This document shows positions 29,942-39,994 of a stretch of DNA of 64,000 nucleotides, in pieces. Position numbers and translations under genes: made by a program. The notes beneath the pieces are model-generated. The model made no database searches, was not told where the DNA came from, and worked only from the letters and a program-made list of their open reading frames with translations. Origin of the DNA: Chloropicon primus (lineage: Eukaryota); contig CP060759.1 of assembly GCA_023205875.1 (NCBI GenBank), positions 992,001 through 1,056,000 on the forward strand, read 5' to 3'. Each line of letters opens with the position of its first letter. Within the stretch, counting starts at the first letter, position 1.

Positions 29942-31300
29942 ATGACTCTGGCGGCCATGGCCGCTGCAGCCACACACACACACACACACTCCTTCAAGGC
30001 ACAATCACTTTCACTCCTCATCCGTAACAGGAGGAGGATGTCGTCCTCCGCGGCGTCGTCGTCGCCCACCCCCACCCCCACCCCCACCTCCTCCTTCACG
30101 GAGCGCCTCCGGGTCGTCGACCCCCACCCCCAGGAGAGGCCACCCCTCCACACCGTCACCGTCGCCGTCAAGGACATCATGGACATGGAGGGCTGCACGA
30201 CGGGGTTTGGGCACCCGCTCTGGCGTCTTACGCACGAGCCCGCCACCACCAACGCCGCCGTGGTCCAAACACTCCTCGGCTGCGGGGCGTCCATCGTGGG
30301 GAGGACGCACATGGACGAACTGGCGTGGTCCCTCTTTGGGGAGAACCACCACTTTGGCACGCCCCCGAACCCGGCCGCTCCCGGCGCCGTCCCGGGGGGC
30401 TCGTCCTCGGGATCGGCCTCCGCCGTGGCCGCGGGGGAGGCGGACGTCGGCATCGGGACGGACACGGGCGGGTCCGTGCGCGTCCCCGCCTCGTGGTGCG
30501 GTTTGTTTGGCATCCGTCCCAGCCACGGGAGGGTCTCCTTGCAGGGCGCGAGGGCCCTGGCCCCGAGCTTCGACACGTGCGGCTGGCTCACCCGGGACGC
30601 GGGGCTGCTGAGGCGGGTGGGCCGGGAGCTCCTGGACCCGAGGGCGGCTGCGGGGCTGCCGAGGCGGGAGTGGAGGTGGCTCGTGGCCGCGGACGCCTTT
30701 GACCTCGCGGACGCGGAGACCGCGGAGCTCATCTTCGAAGCGGTCTCCTCGAGGAGGGAGGACCTCGCCAGGGTCTTCTCGCCGTCCAAGGCCCCCCCCC
30801 AGGAGGTGGCCCTGGACCACCTGGGCGGGGGCTTCGACAAGTGGTTCGAGACGTTCAGGGTCCTGCAGTCTCGCGAGGTTTGGGAGACCTTGGGGCCCTG
30901 GGTGGAGGAGCACGACCCCGAGTTCGGGCCAGGCGTCAAGGAGAGGTTCGAGTACGCCCGAGTCGTGCCGGACTCCGACGTGGCGGCGGGGAACAGGATG
31001 AGGGAGGGGGCCCGGCGGGCGCTGACCGAGCTGCTTGGGGAGGACGGCGTCGTCATGCTCCCCACGACTCCGGGGCCTCCTCCTCGTCGCGTATCGAGCC
31101 CCGAGGTGGTGACGGACCTCAGGGCTCGCTTGCTTCGGCTGACCAGTATCGCGGGCCTCACGGGGCTGCCCCAGGTGAGCGTTCCGGTCGGACGGGTAAG
31201 AGGCAAAGGGCCCGTCGGCCTGAGCCTGCTGGGGCCGCCGGACTCGGACGAGGACCTCCTGGAGCTGGCGGAGAGTTTGGCGGAAATCCTTCTTCCATGA
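29942..31300 (+). CDS. Amidase-signature family protein (AMI1/Toc64 amidase-like); alternative start 30038
   Basis: VAVKDI, PGGSSSGSASAVAAG and IGTDTGGSVRVPAS (Lys-Ser-Ser triad). Confidence 0.92.
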   Translation: MTLAAMAAAATHTHTHSFKAQSLSLLIRNRRRMSSSAASSSPTPTPTPTSSFTERLRVVDPHPQERPPLHTVTVAVKDIMDMEGCTTGFGHPLWRLTHEPATTNAAVVQTLLGCGASIVGRTHMDELAWSLFGENHHFGTPPNPAAPGAVPGGSSSGSASAVAAGEADVGIGTDTGGSVRVPASWCGLFGIRPSHGRVSLQGARALAPSFDTCGWLTRDAGLLRRVGRELLDPRAAAGLPRREWRWLVAADAFDLADAETAELIFEAVSSRREDLARVFSPSKAPPQEVALDHLGGGFDKWFETFRVLQSREVWETLGPWVEEHDPEFGPGVKERFEYARVVPDSDVAAGNRMREGARRALTELLGEDGVVMLPTTPGPPPRRVSSPEVVTDLRARLLRLTSIAGLTGLPQVSVPVGRVRGKGPVGLSLLGPPDSDEDLLELAESLAEILLP

Positions 31301-31417
31301 ATATTCCGATCGCCTCAGTGCTCGAGTTTGGCGGAAATCCTTCTTCCATGAATATTCCGATCGCCCCAGTGCTCGAGTTTGCCAAGCTTGGAAATCCTTC
31401 TTCCAATATGAAATATA
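31273..31417. repeat. 51-bp tandem duplication of the amidase stop-codon region (2 near-identical copies plus 1 degenerate)
   Basis: Units begin at 31273, 31324 and 31375 (gagtttggcggaaatccttcttccatgaatattccgatcgcc.cagtgctc). Confidence 0.92.
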
Positions 31418-31607
31418 TTTTTTTTGATTACAACCAACACACAGAAATCGAAATCGAACCCGCTCCAGAAAAAGAATCCCGTTTGATGATGACCCACCTA
31501 AAACCTTCACAACAACCCACCATGTATGTCCAGCAGCAGGCTCTTTCTCTTTCTCCCCCCTACCTCCCTTCTCTCTCCAACTACTCTTCATTCGTTCATC
31601 ATTCATT

Positions 31608-33566
31608 CTACTTTGTGACCCCGATCGCCTCAAGCCTGGAGATCTGCTGCCCGGTGAGCTTCCCCTTCCTCCACAGGGCCCTCTGGTTCGTGAGCCAGGC
31701 GGCGAGGTGGTTGTGGAGGTGGTTGCTGCTCTCCCTCGGAACGAGGACGTGGCCGTTCTCCTCCTGGTACGCCGTGAGCTGGTTGAACATCCTGGACCAC
31801 GCCCCTCTCCTCTCCCAGGTGAAACCCACCATGTCGAGCAGGCTCTTGTACGCGAAGGGCAGGTCGTGCCTGTTCTGCCTCATGTTGACCACCCACGGGC
31901 TCAGCCTGTGGTCCTTCGGCACGTCGCAGTGGCCGCTCACGGCCCTGAACTTGAGCAGGCCCTCAAAGTTCATCTGCCACTCCAGGCCCTCCCACTGCAT
32001 CCCGAGTCGGTCCAGCCTCTCCTTCTTCCCCGGGTCCGTGATCATCCCCCCCTCCTGCAGCACGAGCTGGATCTTCATCCACCTCGCCAGCTGCCTCACC
32101 TGCTGGGGCTCGAGCTTCACCTGCAACCCCTCGCCGCCGCCCTCGGGGACCATCAAGTCGTCGTAGAGCCGCACCAGAAGGGCCAGCATGGAGTCCACGG
32201 CGTAGTGCTGCTGAAGGGCCTCGAGGACGCCGCAAACCTCCCGAAACTTCAGAGAGTAAGGGTCCAGGTCGAAGCAGATCTCCCTCAGCATCGTCTGCCT
32301 CTCCGGCCAGATGGCCTTGGTGTACCACAAGACCTGCTGCCTCTGCATCCAGAACTTCCTGCCCTTGAGGTCCCCCGCGTAGTCCGGGCTCGAGGGCCTC
32401 AGGGTGCTCACCTTGAGCGTCCCCTTCTCCGCCCTGATCGCCCTGTAGTCCTGGTAAAACCGCAGCCACCTCGAGATGTACTTGGCGTTCCAATCAAAGT
32501 TGATGCTCTCCAACCTCTCCACGTGGCAGGGCGCCAGCCTCCCCGCGGCGTAGGCGATCCTCTGCAGCTCCGTCCACTCGTGGAGGGAGACCTCCCTCTT
32601 GCACCCGTTCACCGGGCGAGGGTGGGAGTGGCCCGTCTCCAGGATGTGGTCCAGGAGCTTGTCGAACATCCCCTCCCACTCGGAGGTGATCCCCAGGCCA
32701 AAGTCGAACCCGATGAGCTCGAGCAGCTTGACCTGGTCCTGGGACAGCTTCCCCTCCGCCTTGTGCCTCCTCACCCTGTGCGTCCACCGCTTGAGGTCCC
32801 CGGAGGACTCCGACGAGGGCCGGAAGTCGCCGTGCTTGAACCAGTGAGCCGCCAGTTGCACCGCCCTCTTGTCCCAGCTGTCCGCCCCCTCCACGTTGCA
32901 CAGGATCAGCAGGGGGACCTTGGCCACCAGACTGCCGATCCCCGCCCTCCCCTTGGGGATCCCCAGGTTCTCCAGGAAGGGGACCAGCGTGCGCACGTTC
33001 TTCAGGGCCTTGGACCTCCGCCTTCGGTCCACGAGGATGTGCCCGCCCTCCGTGACCCTCCAGGCCACCGCGACCGAGATCACGTCGTTCACCTCCTCCT
33101 CCGTCAGCTCCATGCCGAGAAGGGCCTCCTCGAGCTGGATGTACTTCGAGTTCCCGGACGTCCGGCCCCTCCTGTTGTGCCCGCCGCACTTGGAGCTCTC
33201 GGCCGACGCCACGGCTTCCTCGGAAGCCGTCTTCGCCTTGGACGTCTGGACCGGCCGGTGCTCCACGGAGAGGAAGGGGAACACCGCCTCCCCCCAGCCC
33301 TCGCCGTGCCTCTCCAGGCGGAAGATGAGCTCGGTCTCCTCCTCCTCCTTCTTTGCAACCCCCCTTGCCGTGGACGAAGACGTGCTCGCCACGTCGCCGT
33401 CGTCGTCCTCGTCGTCAAACACCAGCGAGACCCCGGGCGCCGCCTCGGGCGCCCTGCCTCGGCGGACCCGCCCCCCTCCCCCGCGACGGGGCCGGAGCAA
33501 CGCGCTCGCGAACGCCACCCCCCTCGCCGGCGACGCCCTCCCTCCTCGCGCACCCACCCTCGTCAT
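31608..33566 (-). CDS. Organelle-targeted protein with tandem helicase-associated (HA) domains, no helicase
   Basis: Repeated W..MF..L......GH..(V)P......L..W...QR......L......L..(I/L)GF.W units and an Arg-rich transit peptide. Start at ATG 33566. Confidence 0.78.
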   Translation of the reverse strand: MTRVGARGGRASPARGVAFASALLRPRRGGGGRVRRGRAPEAAPGVSLVFDDEDDDGDVASTSSSTARGVAKKEEEETELIFRLERHGEGWGEAVFPFLSVEHRPVQTSKAKTASEEAVASAESSKCGGHNRRGRTSGNSKYIQLEEALLGMELTEEEVNDVISVAVAWRVTEGGHILVDRRRRSKALKNVRTLVPFLENLGIPKGRAGIGSLVAKVPLLILCNVEGADSWDKRAVQLAAHWFKHGDFRPSSESSGDLKRWTHRVRRHKAEGKLSQDQVKLLELIGFDFGLGITSEWEGMFDKLLDHILETGHSHPRPVNGCKREVSLHEWTELQRIAYAAGRLAPCHVERLESINFDWNAKYISRWLRFYQDYRAIRAEKGTLKVSTLRPSSPDYAGDLKGRKFWMQRQQVLWYTKAIWPERQTMLREICFDLDPYSLKFREVCGVLEALQQHYAVDSMLALLVRLYDDLMVPEGGGEGLQVKLEPQQVRQLARWMKIQLVLQEGGMITDPGKKERLDRLGMQWEGLEWQMNFEGLLKFRAVSGHCDVPKDHRLSPWVVNMRQNRHDLPFAYKSLLDMVGFTWERRGAWSRMFNQLTAYQEENGHVLVPRESSNHLHNHLAAWLTNQRALWRKGKLTGQQISRLEAIGVTK

Positions 33567-33819
33567 CCTCCCTGGAGTGGATGCCGTGTGTCCTCCCCTC
33601 GAAACAACCCTTCCCCTTGGCCAAACCCTTCGACCGAGGTGTCTCCCGAAAGCCCTCGAGCCGCAGCTTCCCGCCCGACCGGTCCCCTCTCCCCCTCCCC
33701 ACGCCCCTCGCGGTCCCTCTCGCTCCAACGCAAGCCCCTTCCCCTCGAAGACACGCCGAGATCTCCTATTGGCTCTCCTCCTCAAGAAGAAGATCTCCTC
33801 TTCTTTGAGATAAGCAAGC

Positions 33820-33861
33820 CGCGTTTACACTCCAATACCTATCGCGTTTACACTCCAATAC
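33820..33861. repeat. 19-bp direct repeat (cgcgtttacactccaatac x2, CCAAT-containing) in a divergent promoter
   Basis: Copies at 33820-33838 and 33843-33861. Confidence 0.8.
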
Positions 33862-34090
33862 GGGGTACACCATCAGTTTCAAATGTAACGTCTGACCGGC
33901 TGATGCTTGGGGTGGAAGCGAAGCGAGGCTGCGCGGCCGGTTGCTGAGACCCGGTCCCGGAAACGAAGCGGGAGTCGATTGGGACCAGACCTTTGGCGAA
34001 CACTTTTGTTGTTGTTGCTTTTTTTGCTGTTTCTTGTCTTCCGTTCCGTTCCGTTTTAGCCTCTTTAGCCTCTCCTTCCTCTTCGCTCTC

Positions 34091-34981
34091 ATGGCGGGCC
34101 ACGGGAGCTCGCCTGGTGTCGTGGACGAGAACTCGGCGGTGAGGTGGAAGCGCGTGACGAGGGTGGGGGACCGGTACAAGCTGTGCGGCGGGGAGTCGGG
34201 CTCCGAAACCAATCAGGAAGAGCCGGCCTTCTTCGTGAGGGTGGACCCGTCCACCAACCGCCTCGTGGACGGGAAGCTGTACGAGAGAAGGGTGGCGAGG
34301 GGAAGCGGCGGCAAGAAGGAGAGGCACGGCTGCTTCCGCCCGGGCGCGCGGCGGAAGCAGAGCCACGAGTCCCCGGCCCGGGACATTCCCCTGTCGCGGC
34401 AGCCGGTCTTTGGCCAACGAGGAGCAGCGTGCACCCCGGAGGCCTCGCTCCACACGTGGATCCCGAAGTCGAGTCGCTGGGCCGCGAGCAGGAGGAGAGA
34501 CCTTCGGGCGTCCCCGGCCAGGCCTCCGGTGGACTGCGAGGCGCTCGTCGGGAGAATGGACGAGCTCTGGGGGGGAGTGGCGGCGACCGCACGGGAGGCT
34601 GCTGCGACCCCGCCAGGCGTCCTATCCGAGGTCGAGGGGAACAGAATCCCCGCGGAGGGCATGACCCCCGAGCCCCTCGCCTTCTTCGCGGAGCTGCCCC
34701 CTGATGCCTCGAGGACTCTGTTGGACTCCGCCATGTGCAGCCCCGCCGCCGGGAAGCGGGAGGGGGACCCGCCACCCGTCGTGGTGGACGTGACCCTCGC
34801 CCAGGGCCTCCTCAAGACCTCGAAGAGGGAGAACAGGCGTCGACTGAAGGAGCGGAAGCGGGACTTGCTACGGAAGATTTCGAGTTTCGAGTCCAAGCTG
34901 AACACCCAAGAGCACAATTTGGGCGCTCCCCTTCCTCAGAACATCCGAGACAGATTGAGGGCCCTCTCCTCGGGTCCCTGA
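34091..34981 (+). CDS. Hypothetical protein (296 aa)
   Basis: ATG-initiated ORF with host-like codon bias, followed by TGTAA. No family recognised. Confidence 0.6.
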   Translation: MAGHGSSPGVVDENSAVRWKRVTRVGDRYKLCGGESGSETNQEEPAFFVRVDPSTNRLVDGKLYERRVARGSGGKKERHGCFRPGARRKQSHESPARDIPLSRQPVFGQRGAACTPEASLHTWIPKSSRWAASRRRDLRASPARPPVDCEALVGRMDELWGGVAATAREAAATPPGVLSEVEGNRIPAEGMTPEPLAFFAELPPDASRTLLDSAMCSPAAGKREGDPPPVVVDVTLAQGLLKTSKRENRRRLKERKRDLLRKISSFESKLNTQEHNLGAPLPQNIRDRLRALSSGP

Positions 34982-35176
34982 CCCCCCTTCCCACCCCCAC
35001 TCCAATTTTGTGTAATTGTGTACTAGTAGCTGTCGTTGTTTCACCATCAGCAATCAATCGCAATCGTCGTCCCGCGCGCTCTCTCTCTTCCTCTTCGTCT
35101 TCCTCTTCCTCTTCCTCTTGGTCCCCCTCAGCAGCAGCAGCAAAAGCTCTCCAGGCAGGCGGGTGGGGGGGGAGCG

Positions 35177-36664
35177 ATGGCGCTGACGAGGGGACTGGCG
35201 CAGAGCTTCGGTGCTCGGGGGGCTTGGGGCGGCCGGCTGTGGTCCTCGTCCTCCTCGCCGCCCTGCCGCCTCGTCCGGGACCACGTCGCGGACGTCCTCG
35301 CCCACCCAAGCGACGGGTACTTCAGCTCCCGGCCGCACGTCGTGGGCAAGGTCGAGGAGCCCCTGAGCTTCAAGACGATGATCGGCAAGTCCGGGTACGA
35401 CTACAAGGTCCGGGACCTGTACCGCGCCAGGGGGACGTCGTGGCTGACGCCGGCGGAGATCTTCCAGCCCTATTACGGCCAAGCGGTCGCGAGGTACCTC
35501 GTGCAAGACCTGCTGGAGAGGGGGGAGCAGGAGCTGAGGGTGTGCGAGATTGGCGGTGGGAACGGCACGCTCGCGGCGAACGTGCTGGACTACGTGAGGA
35601 GCAGGCACCCCGACCTTTACGAGAGGACCAAGTACACCGTCGTCGACGTCTCCAAGGCCCTGTGCGAGAGGCAAGAGCTGCTTGTGGCCGGGCACGACGA
35701 GCTGCACTCGAGTCGATTCACGACGGTCGCAGGGGATGCCGCGGACGGGGGGGTCTGGAGGGGTCTGGTTCGCGAGCGGGAGGGCCACGTGTACGTCCTT
35801 GGCACGGAAATCCTCGACAACCTTCCTCACGACCGCGTCGAGAAGGTCGGCGGCGAGTGGATGGAGACCTGGATACGGTACGACGACGACGACAGCCCGA
35901 ACGGCAGGGAGGAGCTTCGGCCCCTGCGAGACCGTTCCATCGGGAGGTGCCTCGAGGCCTTCGACTGGGTGGGGGCCCGGGAGGGCGCGGGAAGCGAAGC
36001 CGAGGACGCCGGCTTCCTGAGCTCGCTCGAGAACTTCCTCTTGAGTGGCAGCGCGGGCCCCGAGGGCTCGAGGGGGGAGGACGACGACGAGGTCGTCTTC
36101 CTGCCCACGGCGGCCGTGTCCATTCTGGAGAGCCTCTCGATTGAGATCCCGGATCACACGCTCGTCCTGATCGACTTTGACAGTCTCCCGGACGTGCAAC
36201 TGCGGGGGCGAAACGCTCCCCTCGTCTCGAACACGGAGATGGCGGAGGCCAGGGACGCCTCCACCTACCTGGTTCCGGTGGGTTCCCAGTAAGTTTTCAC
36301 GAGGATATGCGCTTTGGAGTTCCCGGCCATCGAAGGAGTTGCTGACCGAATCTTTCCTTTCTTTCTCCCGTTCCTGTCCCTCTCCCGCACCCACACGCCC
36401 ACCACGCACCCCCCCAAAAAAAAATGAAACAGCGATATCTTCTTCCCGACCAACTTCTCCGCACTGCGCGCCCTGTACTCTGGGATCATGACCTCCGAGG
36501 CCGGGACGCCGGGCCGAGTGTCCGCGGCCACGAGGCCCTCCAGCGAGTTCTTCAAGGAGTTTGCGGACTTGCAGATGACGACCACCATGAGCGGGTACAA
36601 TCCCCTCATCGAGGACTTTCGCAACACCCAAGTCTTCGTCGGCCAGCGGACCACCAAGCAGTGA
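35177..36664 (+). CDS. SAM-dependent methyltransferase, NDUFAF7/MidA family (intron 36289-36432)
   Basis: GYF, WLTPAEIFQPYYG, EIGGGNGTLA and EILDNLPHD. Splicing restores GSHDIFFPTNF. Confidence 0.87.
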
Positions 36665-37013
36665 AGAAGCGAAAAGAACCCCTGTGCCTGTGGGAGGTTT
36701 CCTTCTTTTCTTTCTTTCTTTCTTTATTTATTGTAATAAAGCTGATTCTTTCGGACCGGAAACTCCACGATGGTGGTGGCACCGGCACTGGCATTGGCAT
36801 TGGCATTGGCACTGGCACTGGCATTGCTCTCTCTCTCTCTCTCTCCGCCCAAGTCAAGTTCTCTCCCTCCAATCTCTCATTGCGATTGGCCCGCCTTAAT
36901 CCATGTCAGCAGCGAGATCAAAGAGATCAGATCTATCGGAAATAATATCTCAGGAGAGCGCGAGGCGAGGACGAGACAGCGAGGACGACGCAAAGGATAC
37001 GGATACGAAAGAC

Positions 37014-37862
37014 ATGAACCAAGCACTTGTGAAGAGGAGCGCCCTGTCTCGAGGTACGAGGGATGCTGACGCGCGCAACACGAGAGAAAGGGCACGTTCG
37101 CTCCTTCGCTCTCGTTTGAAAGAAAAGAGCCTAGACTGACTCTCGCTTCTGAATCCTTTGTTTTCCCACGACCTTCCCTCCGAGCAAGGCCTCGGCAGGA
37201 GGGCGACGAGGAGAGTGACGAGCGCAAAGGTCGTGCTGAAGCCTATCGGTGAGTCTCTCCCCTCGTCGTGCCCCGACCTTCAAGCGCTGACGACTGACCA
37301 TTCTCTCTCTCTCTCTCTCTCTCCTCCTGTGATCTCGCTCGCTCTTGGCGGGCGTGCGCGTGCCCAGGCGACAACGACCCCGACTACGTGATCAGGTCGG
37401 GCCTCAAGGCGCCACCGCAGGCCGTCGCAATTGAGGTGAGTGGAGCACGACCGCTTTGAAGAGAGGCTGGCTTGGCTGACTTTCTCTCCCTCTCTCTCTC
37501 TCTCTTTTCGCCTGCAGCTTTCGACGGGAAGCTCAGTGGTCGGCAGGGACGAGGACTGCGACTTGATCATTCCGATCCCAACCGTTTCTGGATCCCACGC
37601 CAAGGTGGAGCTCGAGGGAGAGACCTTGGTGAGTGTCGCGCGCGCTAGTTCATCTTGATCCCGCTCGCTCTGACCGATTTTTCTTTTCCTCCTCACGAAG
37701 TTTGTCACCGATTTGGAGAGCACCAATGGAACTTTCGTCAACAACGAGAGGATCGAGCCAGGATCCAAGACGCAGCTCTCCCCCGGGTCGAACGTGATCT
37801 TCGGCGACTCCAACCTTGCTGCTTACGTCGTCCAGCAGGACAGCGCCGCGAGCGCCGAGTAA
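37014..37862 (+). CDS. Small FHA-domain protein, probably plastid-targeted (5 exons)
   Basis: Spliced product contains VVGR...PTVSGSHA...VTDLESTNGTFVN...FGD. Four in-frame GT..AG introns. Confidence 0.85.
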
Positions 37863-38530
37863 AACTGGCTGCGACAACGCCAGCGCGACAACAATAAGAA
37901 CATTTTTCCTCTCTCAAGAACACTTTTTGTGATCCATTTTTCATCAACCATTCGAAAGACAGAGGGCTCTCTCCCTCTCCCTCTCCCTCTTCCACTGACA
38001 CACGCCCTCGGAAACTGCTGGTCTCGATGCTGCTCCCGAAGGAATAATGTTGACTCGGCTCTGCAAGTTCCCGGTGGCCCGAAAGCACGCGCGGCCCAGG
38101 CCCCCGCTCGTCCCCCATGGAGCCTCCCCGCTCGTCCTCCTCCCCTGCGTTGGTTCCCCTTCCCCGTTCTTCAACGGCGAAAATAAAGTCAATCCTCGGT
38201 TTCTGGTTTTCTTTGCTTCTAGTTAGGAGAATACGACAACGCATGTGACCTCTGAGTCACCTCATCAGGAGGAGAGGAGAGGAGCGAGGAGGAAGGGGTG
38301 TGGGTGTGCGTGTGTGGGTGTGGTGGGAACTTCGAGGACAGGGCAACGAGGCAGGGAACGAGGGGGAGGACGAGGTGCGTGGTACTGGAGGGTGACGAGG
38401 GCGGGGGAACGAGGTGCGAATACTTGCTTCGTGAGGAGGTACGAGGCGGTGCAGTGAGACATGGTTTGCAGACTTGGGATGCTGACGCGTTTTTCTTTTC
38501 CTCTTTTCGTGCAAAGGCGGAACCGACGGC

Positions 38531-38672
38531 ATGGAGGAGGTGGGGATGGGAGAAGGGGGCATGGAGGAGGGGAAAGTCCAGGAGAAGAGGGCTTTCACTC
38601 CCGAGGAGGTCCTCGACGAGCTCAGAGAGGAGGTAAGACGCGCGTTCGCAACGTCAACAGCATCTTCTTCTT

Positions 38673-38703
<31 letters not shown>

Positions 38704-39593
38704 GTCACTTTCGGCTTTTTCTAACAAAGCTTTGTTTTTCTCTTCACGCGTTTTCTTTCTCCTCCTCCTTTCTCCTCCTCGGCAACAGGTCAAGGACGAG
38801 CTCGAAGCAGCGAGGCGAGAGTCTGCCATGGCGGAGGCCGAGGTTTCGGACTTGCGGCAAGAAATAGAGCGCGTCCAGGTACGAAGTCGTTTTTCTGCGT
38901 CCCTCTTTGATCCCTTGCTGGCCAAACCAAAACCCACTAACGCTCGCTCGCTTCGTCCTCGTCGTCCTCCGTTGTTGCGTGTTTCAGGGCGAGGCGTTGG
39001 AATCAAAGTTCCTCGTGAAGAAGTTCCTCGTGGAGCACGAGAGGGAGAAGGCAACGTACCAGCACGAGGTGCGCGAGCTCCAAAGGTACATCAATGGCAA
39101 CAAGGACAAGATCGAGGAACTGGAGGCCACAGTCATTGTAGCAAGAAAGCAGCAGCTCGAGAAGGACGCTGAGATCAGGGAGATCCTGTCGAGGGCTGAG
39201 GCCGCGGAGGAGAACGGAAGGTTCCTCAAGGCCCAGTGCGAGAGGAGCAAGAAGGACAGCCTGAGCAGGCTACGAAAAGACTTCGAGGAGCGCAGCATTC
39301 ATATCGAGCTGGACCACAAGGAGCAGATCGCGAAGCTGCAGGAGCAGCACAAGGGGGAGCTCGATGCCGCCATCGCGGACTGCAAGAAGTTGTACGAGGG
39401 CAAGATAAGGGACGCCAAGGCGGCGTTGCTTCACTCGCAGCACGAGGCCTTGATCGTGGGTGAGAAGCTCAAGGCCGCGGAAGCAAGGGTCTTGCAGCTC
39501 GAGGCAGCCTCCGAGGCGGCGACCAACTCCTGCGGCGACAAGCAAAGACGCCTTGAGAACAACGTGCGAGGGGTCTCCAGCCTGAAAGCGTGA
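38531..39593 (+). CDS. Coiled-coil hypothetical protein (3 coding exons)
   Basis: E/K/L/A-rich heptads. Phase-0 introns at ~38633-38788 and ~38879-38987. Confidence 0.7.
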
Positions 39594-39994
39594 CCTCGCT
39601 TTTCCCGAGGAGAATCGACACGAGCAGCGACAGGAGTTTACTCTCCTCCGCCCTCTCGTTGTAGAGTCAGATTATGTTGTTGTTGTAGCATTAGGTGTAA
39701 TGTAAGAACCGTCTTCGTCTTTCTTGTTCCCCCCTTTCCCTTTCCTCATCTATTCAATGAGATCTTGGCCGGCTTCCCCCAGCATCCACGATCCAGGCTT
39801 TGGAGGACAGAGACTGAAACGCCTGTTGGCTTCTTCTTCTTCTTTGGTTGTGAAGAACCCAGCAGGGCGGGTACCGCAGTGGCGCGACCGGGCGGCAGGA
39901 CGAGGAGGCGGGTCTCATGGACGCCTCGGCTTGGGCTTGACGGGCGCCGCGTCCTTTGCCGGGAGTGGAAGCACGACGAAGGGGAAGAGGCAGG

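Noticed and set aside
31273..31417. CRISPR-like array
   Set aside because: Contiguous tandem units with no unique spacers, eukaryotic context and no cas genes.
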